A model generated the notes under the pieces. The model was not told the origin of the DNA, ran no database searches, and worked only from the letters and a program-made list of their open reading frames with translations. A DNA stretch of 64,000 bases, taken from positions 79,732,001 to 79,796,000 of the forward strand of contig OZ038379.1 in NCBI GenBank assembly GCA_964036045.1, written 5' to 3'. Positions 12,700 through 23,906 of this stretch are shown in pieces. The translations under genes and the position numbers were made by a program. The DNA comes from Eutreptiella sp. 'Long Island Sound 2002' (taxonomy: Eukaryota; Protista; Euglenida). Position 1 is the stretch's first letter. Each line of letters opens with the position of its first letter.

Positions 12700-13170
12700 C
12701 TGATCCAGATCACACAGGGGTACGACGTTGAGGGATCCAGCGGCAATGGATAAGAAATTGGCCTGTTCAGGGGCCTGGATAGCTGTGTGTGAGTCCTCAG
12801 GCACATAAATGGGACTGTGGGGGAGTTGCACTCTTCCCACAGTCATTCGGTCCAGCAGTCGGCGCCAATAAGTGTGTCCACCTGAGCAGCCCCAGTCAGA
12901 GGTGCACATGACAACCCTTCCTCCCTCATAAGCAATTTTGGTTAGGACCTTCGCGAGCAGGGAGAAGGAAGGGTTAGCATACACTAGGCCCATTGCTTTC
13001 CAGAAGAAACGGAAAGCGTTATTCAAATTTTTCGAGCAATACAACTGCATGAGGTGCTGTTGTTGGCTCGCGAATAATTCCACCTAGATCTCATCCAGGG
13101 ATACCTGAAGGGTCGCCAGTCCATTTTCAAGAATATGACGGGCCAATTGGTAGTTTTCAGTACGATAGTT
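12700..13170 (-). pseudogene. N6-adenine DNA methyltransferase (Dam-like) domain in element B pol
   Basis: NYQL...I*VELFASQQ (motif I-like DLFAS), then AFRFFW...VYANPSFSLLAKVLTKIAYEGGRVVMCTSDW...YWRRLL. NPSF (12964-12975) is one substitution (TCC vs CCC) from NPPF. Confidence 0.85.
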
Positions 13171-13575
13171 AGTCTTAGCCGCGTAGCACAGCCCAGACTC
13201 CTTTTGTCCTGACAGCTCCGAACGTACGGAGAAGAGCCCACTGCCAAGGTCGCAGTGTCGGGAAAAGGGGCGTTGGAGAGACAACATATTTACCTGGGGG
13301 TTTCTTCGGAGGAAGTCGGTGCCAATGACGATGTCAAAGGCGTCAGTGTCCGAACCTCTGCAGTGTTGGGTCACAGTTGCGTCGCCAAGACAAATAGTCA
13401 CATCGACAGCCGCAAAAGAATTGATGGTACGCCCATCCCCTACTCTTATGGCCACTGTCTTAGTTTTCTTGAAAGTCTTTAGCAGGTGCCGGGCCACTAT
13501 AGAGAGTGTTGCGCCGGTCTCAAGCACTGCTCGAAAAACGTGATCCCCATATTTCACGAGGATCCAGAAACCCAA
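13084..13575 (-). pseudogene. Retropepsin (aspartic protease) of element B
   Basis: RAVLETGATLSIV (DTG mutated to ETG), AIRVGDG flap, AFDIVIGTDFL. Confidence 0.85.
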
Positions 13576-13665
13576 GTCCTCCTCTTCAGAGCCGCCCCCC
13601 TACTCTTCAGCAGGGAATTTCACATCAACCCCTGCAGCCATGAGGGACTTGGCCATCCAGGCTAG

Positions 13666-16017
13666 TCACCTCTTCTTGGAGTTTGACCCCTCAGGGGAGG
13701 TGTTTTCCCCCTGTGGGCGCTTCTTGGGGTCAACAGGAGAGGGAGAAATAGCGGGCGCCGATGAGCGCTTCTGGGGGTTGGGGTTTCCACACTTGCCACC
13801 ATTCTGGGGAGTTCTGGAGGGTGCTTGGGCTTTCTGGCGTTCAGCCTCCTGCCGTTTGAGTTTGTCACTCTCAGATCTTTGTATGTGACATTCGTCCTCG
13901 TAGTGACGACGTTTGCAACAGTAACCAGAGGTGATGGTACACCTGAAATGGTCCTGATGGGTCACTGTTCTCCCATCTTTAGTGTGCTATTGTCGTTTCA
14001 GTTGCAGCATACAACCACTGCGCTGGTCGCAGTCAGGGGCATGACAGGGTTCTCCCTCGTCATTGACAGGCTTACAGTAGAAGAGTTGGGGTGTACCTGT
14101 TTCAGGTTTAACCTCATTCATGGCACGCAGGTTACCCCCCCCTTTACCACCACCCTTGTTGGTGTTAGTGGGATTTTTCGGTCCTTTCTCTTCGCCACGC
14201 TCAGGGGTAGGCGCGCCATCTCGACCCAGGTGTCTCTGCAAAAATATTTCCATATGGGAGTCATTCTCTCTCTCAAGGGCCAGCTCGATCAGCAGGTCCA
14301 CAAGGTCATCGTACGTGTGAGTCCGACTCTTCCTCTCGGAGGTGGTGCGGCAATCGTCCCCGTATGTGTAGGGATTTTACTCATGAGCCACAGGTGGGGT
14401 TCTGTGCTTCCATAGGAACCCACGTTCATTTGTGAGAACAGATACTCCAGGTCGCACACATATCTAAAGACTCGCGCAGCGGAAGGAAATTCAGGGAGCA
14501 TAGGGAGCTCCTCAATCTGTGTTCGTACACTGAGGTCAGTCTCATAGATCGGGAACGTTTTCTCCAGTCTTTGGAGAACCTCGGCCCATGTTGAACAGGT
14601 TTTCACAGTCCGCTTCACCTGTTTTTGCAAAAATTTCTTTTTGCATGAGCGTTTCCAAAGAGAGCATTTAGTGGCCACATCCACATGAGATTGGCCGGTA
14701 AGCAAAAGAAACTCGGCAAATTCCTCTGTTCATTCGGGTAGATTTTTCGGTCGTTCTCCGGCAATTCCAGCTGGATGTTCGCCTGAGCAATTGGTTTGCC
14801 ACTCTTCCCAATCCTGGGGTTAGGCCTGAAGGGGGGGGGGTACGCCAGCGAGGGGTGCCAGAGCTGTTAGCCCCTTTTTCTCAGTCTCTGTCACGGGCAC
14901 GTCCTGTAGCTCAGCGATGGGGACTGTCCTGGCAAGGGGAGGAAAAGGGCTGGGGCAAGTGACCTTGGGTAGCAACCTGGACATCCTTGATTGTTTGAGA
15001 TCGTCAACAAGCGTGCTCAATCCGCGAGAGGTTGAGGCCGGCGCTGGCTTGGGTAAGCGTTCAGTAATACCACATTTTGCCATGACAGCCTCAGACAGGC
15101 CTGTCACATCTGGATCTTCGGGGCCAGACAGTAGTTTGGCAAGTAGTTCGGCCGTACGGTCCAGGGCACCATAAGTTGGCTCCGTGGGGTGGGAATCCTT
15201 CACATAAGCTGGACCCACTTCAGGGTTTCTGCTAGTGGCTGGCAGCTTCAGACGCACATGCTTGCCCTCTCGGTAGCCTGGGTACAGACACAGCGTCGGC
15301 CAGGTCCATAAGAAGGCCGGAGTAAAGGTAGGAACCCTTGTCCGTATGTGGTGGGGATCCCAAGGCTTCGAGTGGTTCCACTCCACCTTCCCCTCGCACG
15401 GACTTGTAGTACTCTTCGTCAAGTAGGTACTCGTCCATTCTCCTTCTCAGTTCGTCTTGTTCCTCAGAGCCTGCAACTGCCGTAGACGAGGATGCAGGGC
15501 AGGCTGAACGGGAGATGGAGACAGCAACTCTTCGGCGAAGATGCTGCAGGCTGTCGTCACGGGCTGCTAAGCCCTCAGTGGTTAAAGGTATTGGTATTTC
15601 TCCGGGCGCCTCTTGTTCCGCCCTTCTGTGAATTGGATCTTCTGGACACCAAGATGCAACTCTGAGCTTGGGCTCACTCATTGAAATGGGCCCACTGCTG
15701 CCCTGTTGTACTTGTACAGTCGGAATTGGCCAAGTCCTGGCGGACAGTTGTACTGATGGTGTGGACATATTGTTTGCAGGGTTTGGCTCGTGTACTTCTC
15801 AGAGGCGGTTCGAAAAGTTCTCAAGGGTTGCCTCTGCTACCAGGAGGAGGTCCCTGATTAGTGCCCTAATAGGTGTGATGAAATGCTGCAGGTTTTGGGT
15901 GTTGGAAAACAGAACTAAAGCAGCAAGTAGAGCAAGAACAGAGATGTGGATCGAATCAATGAATAGTTTTGAAATCCAGTGTATCACAGAAGGGCTGCAG
16001 ATAGACAAAGCAGGCAT
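13666..16017 (-). pseudogene. gag: gag-like region of element B
   Basis: Chain of minus ORFs (15799-16017, 15232-15768, 14820-15422, 14289-14705, 13987-14301, 13666-13965). Includes the helical capsid-like segment TWAEVLQRLEKTFP and a degenerate zinc knuckle GYCCKRRHYEDEC. Confidence 0.7.
15831..15842 (-). promoter_or_regulatory. Primer-binding site complementary to initiator tRNA-Met
   Basis: Minus strand reads TGGTAGCAGAGG directly after the 5' LTR. This is the complement of ...CCTCTGCTACCA, the 3' end of animal-type tRNAiMet (established knowledge). Confidence 0.88.
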
Positions 16018-16557
16018 AAGTACAAAGATTCAATCACAAATGGATAAAACAAATGATTTTATGTAAAGCCTGGCATGACTCTTGCCTGCAAGGTAGCATC
16101 AAGCACTTCATGTGCACTCTTTGGATGAAATGGAGTTGGTTAGGAATGTGGGGCAAAGGAGTTAGGCCACACACAGAATATGACTTGGCCAAGCAACTGA
16201 ATTCAGAAACAGTTAAAAAGTAGAACCACAATAAGTCGTAGAATCAATTGAGTATACGGGTCCTGAGGTGGGGGACCATTACACTTAACCAACAAGGCCT
16301 TAGGCATGAAGTGCCTGCCATATTGCGGTATAACCTCCATGAAGGAAGATACCTCCGCTCAGTTGAGTGGTAGGGGTGAACTTCACCGGGGGGGGGCTAG
16401 GGTTATAACCCTAGTTACTTTGAGAAAGTGTACTTTAAACTTCAAAAGAGAGATAACAATGCTTAAGTAAGTCTCAACTTCAGAAAAAAGGGTTTTAGGG
16501 GGTGCTTGGCCTGGATCAAGACCTCCAAGAAAGACATGTCAGTGACTTTTTCTTACT
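15842..16557 (-). repeat. 5' LTR of element B
   Basis: Aligns with 6810-7521 along its whole length (roughly 90% by eye). Similarity stops at the PBS on one side and the TSD on the other. Confidence 0.92.
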
Positions 16558-17320
16558 GTCTATTGTGGGCACTGTCCGGGCTACGGGGCTTTGACGTGGT
16601 CAAGACATCGGTATCCCACGTCGCTGCTCTACTTTTTGACTTACATCACACATCACTGTCCCAAGCTCCAAATGCGTCCTTACTATTTCCCCAATAGCAT
16701 GGCCTGAAGTTTTCAATTTCCCCCAAGACGGTGAATAGGTCTTGGTGTAAGAGACAGTGACCCACGCTAGGCTACTTTTTACGACCCCACTTCTGTTTTT
16801 TGTAGGTTTGTTTCGCAACCGTTGGACCGCACCAACCCGGTGAGTGTACCCTTGCGCCTGAGTCTTGTTTAGAGGTTTCTTGGGTTACATCCTCGTGTGG
16901 ACTTAAGCCTCATCCATCGGGTTGTCTCGGTGGTCGATGGACAGGATCCGGGGGCGGTGAGACGCAAAGGTCAGAAAAATGTGAAGTTTGAGAAAGTTTT
17001 GTCGCTCATGGATGTGGCGGTGTCGCAATGGCATTTAATGAATTTAAATGTAAGCCTTACGGCGACACAAGCGCGGCCAGGGACCCCTTTGCTTTGGGAA
17101 CTCAAGCTGCCTTTTTCGCCATTATCAGCAGATCGTGTGAATTCCATAGCCAAAAGGCTGTCACCCCATCAGGCGTCCCCGCGGAATATGGCGCGCAATC
17201 CAGTGGCGGCGCCGCTGTCAATTTGTGGGTATCCTTGGGTTGGAAACCCGAAATGATCGCTGAGATTGGCCAGTGGGCCTCGTTAGAAGCTTTTTGAAAA
17301 TGATATTTACTTTTGAAAGC
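16558..17320 (+). pseudogene. DIRS tyrosine recombinase (main part; N-terminus at ~6700-6809)
   Basis: Frameshifted pieces: YFYDPTSVF..QPLD...LRLSLV.RFLGLHPRVDL and AQSSGGAAVNLWVSLGWKPEMIAEIGQWASLEAF*K*Y. These match the DIRS YR pattern HS.R....G......I...G.WSS...F...Y, with catalytic residues decayed. Confidence 0.75.
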
Positions 17321-20086
17321 TTTGTCACACGCCGAATCGTCTATTGTTGACATGTTATCCCGCATGCGCCAGCACCACACCAATGTGCACAGTGCCTCAC
17401 TGGGTCGTCGCCTTCGTCCGAGTCGTTTGCTATTCCCCCCACACAGGACAGGAAACGAAGTGAAGGCGAGGACAGTCACCCACCCACAGAACTCGTGGCG
17501 TCCCTTGCAGATGTGGCGACGGCGCCCCTATATGTATCGAATGGGGTGTGCATTAGGACGCGGTCTTGCCCGTCCGCGCCCTCCTTGAGGGGTGTCTCAT
17601 TTAGGCAATCTGTCTTGGGCAAGGGCCCGCTTGAACAGCCGTTTTTGCAAGTAGGTGAAAGTTGATATGGCATGGGGTGGACCAGGTTTACTCAGCGGAC
17701 ATTGTCCTCTTTTATCCTATAGCTTCTCAACTGCCAACTGCCGTTCACGTCAAAGCATAACCAGAACTTTTGTTTTTTGGTGTGAACATTGCCGGCAACA
17801 CCAAAGCTGTCTCACTGGCGCCCTTCGCTTCGTCCTGGCCTTCTTTTCGTCCCCTGTCCTGTGTCGGGGGACTAGCAAAACGAAGCGCCACTGTGACGGG
17901 CGGCGATTTGAGCCTGGGTCGCATTCTGTAGACCCATCTAGAATTGTCTGGAGAATCCCCAAAAGCTTTCGAGAAATTAGGCCGACTGTGAAGGACGGGC
18001 CAAAATCGTTGCGCATTTGGCGCCTTACCCTACGGCACTTTCAAAGTACTACTCGACAGGCCCACGAAAGATGGGTCAAATGTGCCTGTGAGGCCTGTGT
18101 CCCAGGTGTTGCAACGTGACATGCAATGTATACATCAGGATTCATTGCTAAATGTATTGGTATGTAATGCTGTCATTTCAGTTCATCAGCGCATCCCTGT
18201 TTCCCTAAAAGACATGTGCCGCTGTCAGAATCATCAACGTTTGGTTATAGTTGACCAGAAGCCTTCTTTTGCAGTACTGCCATGGACGGCCGCCATTACA
18301 CCTGCATACCTCCTTTCCCATGATCACACATTTCATTTTGTAGGTGAGCATGCGACCTTCGTCCGGCCGCCGCCGACCTGCGCAACTTCCGTGGGGCCCG
18401 GCCGGGTAGCCCTTTCTTGCTGGAATTCGACCTCCCTGTTGCCATCGTTGTCATTCGTTGTGCAAGTGCTATTTGCCACCATCCAGGTACTCTTGCACAT
18501 GGAATCCCTAAATCGGCTGACATTTTCTGTGCAGTAGAGCGAATTTGCGTCCATTAGACAGTGCTCAGTTTCGGCGCAGTGTTCGGTGCAATGTTGTGCA
18601 CGAGTTCCTTCGCTAGGTGTCAATCGTGAACCTTTGTTGCATGCTTTGTGTGCTGTTTTAGATGACAAGCCCGACAACGCTCGCAAAGGTCAACAGAAAG
18701 AAGGGCCTGATGAAGCATTTCTGCCCTGCGTGCCGTGGTTGGGTGGTCACATACTCGCTGACGCGCTGAGGTGGTACTGCAGCAAGGTCTCCAAGCTCCC
18801 TCCTAGCCTCAAGGAGTTCAAGGTCTGTAAAGAATGCAAGAACAACGGATTGCATGACCACAGCCTATTAGTTGCATCTTAGTGCACATCTGCTAGCGAG
18901 TCAGCTAGAATCGCGCAACCACCTCTCGCGCCTGCACCTGTGGCTTTGTTGTGTGCTGGTGATGCTCTCAGAGTTGGCATAATACGGTGTATATATACGC
19001 GTAACGTTTATATACGCGTACCGTATCAGGAGAATACAGTACGTCTCGTTAGGTGGCGTACTGCCGGAACTATCAGGGGGTCTCCCGCAGACAGCCGCGC
19101 GCGACGCCGCAAGCAGGAACGCCAGAGAAAAGAAAAGATGAAATCTTTTGATTATTTTTCATGCTCCAAAATATCCGTTTCCTGATTGTGGCTACGCATC
19201 ATTACTGTTTTTGGAGTAATGTCCATTTTTCACAATGCTTTCTGATTTCAATAACTCGCTGGAGACTGCTGGACAGCTTTGTGTAGACGTTGATGTATGT
19301 GCTGGGCATGCCTTGTGATGTCGCATGGTCCCTCCACGTGTACAGAGTCGCCGCAGCTGAGCTTTGTTCAACGACTGGAACGCCAAGATCCCCGTGTACA
19401 TTGACATGCCCCCGAACACCTCGACCTCACAGCTGAGCTTATTCTATTCCTCGTGGACTACGCCTTGTTGCACGGCACGGGTTTGCAGCATTTGTGGAGG
19501 CTGGGCCTTGCGTTGGTAGTCATGCGCATTGGATGGAGCCTGTATTCTAGCTGAGCCGCTTGCCGTGATTATATGTTGGTGAAACTGTGGCGAGGCTGGT
19601 TTTAGCGCGCTGCCCTGTTGCAGCGCACCAGCTTCGTGTGCTGGCAGCATACGGATCTGGACCTGCAAACTTCACTGCAGCAGTGCGCAGGGTGCTGCCA
19701 AGTGGACTGCAGAAAGGCAGGCCTTGCAGCACTTGACATTACTGCGGTGTGCTTCCCAGTTCCTTGCTACAGCGCGCCATGTCATTGTAGATCGCCAGCC
19801 AGTCTGTGGGAGCGCAATAAGACCAGTGAAACACGCTGCTAGGTACTTTGCGTTGCGACAAGTCATTTGGGTCATTTGGTCATGCTGCTCACCAAGATGC
19901 ACTGGAAATGTTTTAATCCGAAGTCCGGCGGTCATGCCAGTGCCTCAGCCAGCCCTGAAGCTTTGAACAGGGCTTTGTGCTGAGCTGCGGAGGTAATAGG
20001 TTGCTTTTGTGTTCCCATTTGAGAAGGTAATTGAACTCCTTCAAGGGGTGTTGCCAAACTTCTATGAGGTGACCGAGTTCTCTGAG

Positions 20087-20215
20087 TGGATTTTTGTGTT
20101 TGAGGTGTTGCAGTCCATTGCAGTTCCTCTGGACTCTGACTTTCTCAGCGCCCGATTGTATGGATACTTATTTGTTTTTCAGAAAACACAAGGCTGTAAC
20201 TGTTTTCTTTGTGCA
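20087..20215. repeat. 129-bp direct repeat, left copy
   Basis: Gap-free match to 38247-38375 with ~20 mismatches (~84%). Confidence 0.9.
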
Positions 20216-21559
20216 TGTATGTAGGTGGGTGCACTGGCTCGTGGAGAGGCGCCCCCTGGCTCCCGCTGGCGTTGCTGCTGTGACGAACAGGAACAGGCTC
20301 CGCGCTTGAAGAGGGGAGGCGACTTACATCCCACTAGACCTGACTGCAGGCCCCAGACAAAGCGTCCCTGGGCATCACCGGGAGGGCTGATGGCCGCTAG
20401 CGTGACGTACATGTCACGCCTGGAGGCAGTGACCCCGTGCTTGGCCACGTCCCCTCCTTTGGACGGAACCCCAGGGGTCCATCGGACTTCCCGGCGTATC
20501 CTGTTCCCACGGCATGCATGCAGTTTCCTGGTACTGGGGTTCTGAGGTGCTTGGGTGTCGCACGCTCCGCCTCCAGTCCCAAAGCAGCGCAGGCCTTAGG
20601 ATGCAGCTTTACCCCTGGTCTCCGGATCTCTTTTGGCCGGGTCACCTGCATGGCACGGGCTGCCTCAGTGCCCGATCTATGGACACAGGTTTTCCTACTG
20701 TTGTGTCGTGCTTGCGTGTGAGTCTGGGTTTCGCGGTGACCCCGCCAATCCTGGCTGGGGTCCAGGCTGTGTGTGTTTCGGCACAGGTTTCAGCTTCGCC
20801 CCGCCCTTCCTTGCTGCGGTTCGTGGTGCGTGTGTTCTGGGTTGGGTTCCGCGGTAACTCTGCCACTCCTGGCTGGGGTCTAGGGTGTGTGTTTTGGAAT
20901 ATGGGTTTTGGGTGCGCCCCGCCATTCGTTGCTTGGGTTTTTGATGCGTGTGTGTGGGTTTGGGTTTTCCGTGCACCCTGCTTTTTCTGGCTGGTGTGTT
21001 TGGGCCTGTGCTCCCTTGCGCGTGTTCCGTCCGTCCGTGGGTGGAGGTTCCCCCCTTCCGTGTTTTTTTCTCGGGGGGAGTTTGTCTGTTCCTCCCTCTG
21101 GCTTCCCTGGGCTGGTGCACGCACTGGTCGGCATTCTGTGTGGCTAACAGGGTGGCTGCTGGTGTTGTGGGTGGCTGCGGGCCATGCCCTGCCCCCATGG
21201 GTCGGCTGGGTTATGTACACGCTTGAGCTGGTAGCCTGTCCTGTCGGGTTAGGTGCTAGTGCTGGTTCTGCCGGCTGGGCGGTTGCGCCAGCCAGTTTCG
21301 TCAGATCATGGATTAGGGGGGGGGGGGGGGGTTGCCCCGTGTCCCCCCGCTCCTGCGGTGCAGGTTTGGTGGTGGCGAGTTTAACTTTCTGGTGGCGGTT
21401 TGTGCAAGCGGGCCGCTGCTGTCGGGGGGGGAGCGGAGGTTATACTGACCGGCGTGTGGTGGCCCCTAGCCCGTGTGTGGCGGGCTGGTGTGGCGTTGTC
21501 CCACGGTTGTGGGCGCGATTCCTTCCTTTCTGGAATGTGAGGCGGCTTGCTCTGGTTAG

Positions 21560-21880
21560 ACCCACGGTTAGCGTCCCTCGCTTTGGTGCTGTGGTGTGCT
21601 TTGGTGCGCCGTGCTGTGTTGCGCTGTTTTTTCTAGTGTTGCACCGTCCTGTTCTGTGCTGTGCTGTGATGCGCTCTGCTCTCTCGTGCCGCGCCCTGCC
21701 GTGTCGTGCCATTGTGCGTCTTGCCGAGGCGTGGCGGGCTGCCCTGTGCTGTGCCGCGCCGCGCTGTGTTTTGGTGTGTTGTGTCGTGTCGTTGGGTGCC
21801 TTGTCGCGTTGCGCTGCACGGCAGTGCGCTGTGTTGCGGTGTGCCGTGTTGCCTCGTGTTGTGCCGTGTTTTACTGTCCT
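21560..21880. repeat. Degenerate pentanucleotide (GTGCT/GTGTT) low-complexity array
   Basis: Visible 5-nt periodicity. It is the reverse-complement type of 46116-47430. Confidence 0.75.
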
Positions 21881-23906
21881 GGTGTGTGTTGGGGCCGATC
21901 GTAACTCTGTACAGGCCTGGGATGGTGTAGGCGCTGGTTAGACTGGCCTGCCTTGTTGTTTGGGACGCGGGCTGAAGTTATGTGGCTGGCGGATGGCCAG
22001 GGGGCGCGGTTAGGTGTGGTGCTGCTCGTTGGGTCTGTGTTGCAGGGGTCTGGGTGTGCCATTCTCCCTGGTGGGTCAGGCGGGTGTCCGCGGGGTTGCC
22101 CTCCCTGGGGACCTGTGCCTTGGTCCCGTGTCCTCTGGGGGTCCTTGCCACTCGGGGTGTGCGTGTTCTGTGGGATGGGGTGTCCTGGTCCCCTCGGGTG
22201 TGTTGGGTCTCCTCCCGTCCTCTCCCTCTGCCTCCTTGTGGTCCCCCGTCCTGGGTGTCACGGCCGTGTCCCCTTCCCCCTCTGGTGCCCGTGCCGTTGC
22301 GTCTGTGTGGTGGCCCTTGCTGTGCCCGGGGTCGTCGCCTGGCGGTTAGGGTGTGGTGGTTGGTTGTGCGCTGTTCCCGGCGGCTCCCTGTGTGGCAGTA
22401 GCCCCTTCTCGCGTATGGTGGTACCCTCCTTCCCCTGTTCGGGGTGCGGTGCTCGGTGTGCGCGACCCAGTCCGGTTCGTGCGGCGTCAGATCGAGGCTG
22501 CAGCGGCGCGTCTTCGTGGGCGTGCGCCTCCGAGAGTCGCGGGGTGTAGCCTCATGAGGGACTGGGGCACTGCTGGTCCTTCCCGTGTTGCGTGCCCTTT
22601 CTATTTGTGCGTCCTGGTGCCCGTCGTTGCGCCCTCTCCCCCAGTGCCACGTCCCCTGGTCTTTCCTTTTCCTGGTCCTCGCGTGGTTCCTTGCCCCCGT
22701 GTTGTGTTTGCCCTGTCCCTGTGGGCGCCTGCCTGCTACCTCGGGCCCCTTTGCCGCGGGCCTTCCGTTTGCCCTTTCCCTTCCCGGTGTGCTGGTGGTG
22801 GTCTGGGGGGGAGGCTTGTGGGGCGCCAATGGCCCATGCCCGGGGGTGGGTGGTCTGGAGCCACCAGCAGAGGGCTTTGGGGATGTAGGGGGGCGGAAGC
22901 CCTGGATCGCGTCCTGGAGGAGGGCTTCCCATGCTGTGTGTGGCATGGCGGCCTCAGGGGCGGTGTAGTTAGGGTTGGCGGGGGTGCGGGTGCGGATCTG
23001 CTCATGGGTCCCAATCATGTGCACCCCCTCACGCCTTCCCGCTCCCCCGGCCCCCAGGTCCCGGAGCGGCGGCGGCGGGGGCTGGGGGTGCAGGATGCGT
23101 ATGGGCAGCGCGGGCAACGGGACGCGCGGTACTGGTAATCGGGGGAGGCGGACGCGGACATGGGACGGCGGTCGGGCGTGTGGTGGCGCTCGGGGGAGCG
23201 GGAACTGCGAGAGCGGTGCACCGGGGGGTCATGGCGGCGCCCCGGGGAGCAGGAGCGGCGCGAGGGGGCGGGTGAGGCGCGGCGGCGCTGCGGGGAGCCT
23301 GAGAGCTGGGGGCGGGAGCGTCGCGCGGGGGGGGACCCGGAGCGCCGCCGTTTGCAGGATCGGGCCTCGTTGCGGGGCGGGTTGGACCAGTCAGGAGGCG
23401 TCCCTGGGGCCTGGGGGCCTCGCATAGTGCCGCCTGATGCTGCGGGGGGGGGGGGAGGGCCCCACCCCCCATGGATCAGCTGCGTATAGCCGTGGCACCG
23501 GGTGAGGTGGATGCGCCTGTGGTGGCGGCAGGTGGTACGGGTTCAGTGGTTGTTGGGGGGGTTCTTCTGAGTGGGGCTGGGCATGGGGGGCCCCTTCAGC
23601 CTGAACCCGGTGGCCGGGCGGATACCATTCTTGGTAGGGGGGGGGGGGTCGCTGGTGGTAGGCTGGATAGTGGGGTGGAGCGCCTGGTGGTTGGTGCTGC
23701 CACCCCAGGCGCTGGGGCTGTTCACACACGGGGGGTTGTGGTCCGGCGGGGTAGGGTGGTGGGCAGTTGTAGTGGTGGTGGTGGGGGTAGTGCTGGGGAT
23801 GGTGGTGGTGGTGCTGGTGGTGGTGGTGGTGGTGGTGGCGGGGGCGCTGGTGGCGGTGGCGCTGGTGGTGGTGGTGATGGTGCTGTGGACATGCCCCTAG
23901 GATCCC

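Larger units (their letters stand above)
6810..16557 (-). mobile_element. Ty3/gypsy LTR retrotransposon B with both LTRs, chromodomain integrase and MTase; RT absent
   Basis: Direct repeats 6810-7521 and 15842-16557; GTCTA at 6805-6809 and 16558-16562; PBS, PPT and internal gag/PR/MTase/RH/IN/chromodomain frames. Confidence 0.92.
5424..17320 (+). mobile_element. DIRS-type tyrosine-recombinase retrotransposon, 5'-truncated and interrupted by LTR element B
   Basis: RT-RH-MT frame at 5428-6765. The YR frame starts near 6700 and resumes at 16558 after removing 6810-16557 and one copy of the TSD. Confidence 0.85.

Noticed and set aside
6807-16556. GTAAG...TTAG on the minus strand at the ends of element B, resembling a giant intron
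   Set aside because: It is antisense to the interrupted recombinase ORF, so splicing could not restore it. The ends are explained by LTR and TSD sequence.
17330-20000. Short ORFs downstream of the DIRS recombinase
   Set aside because: No recognisable domain, and DIRS terminal repeats or ICR could not be identified because the 5' end is missing.
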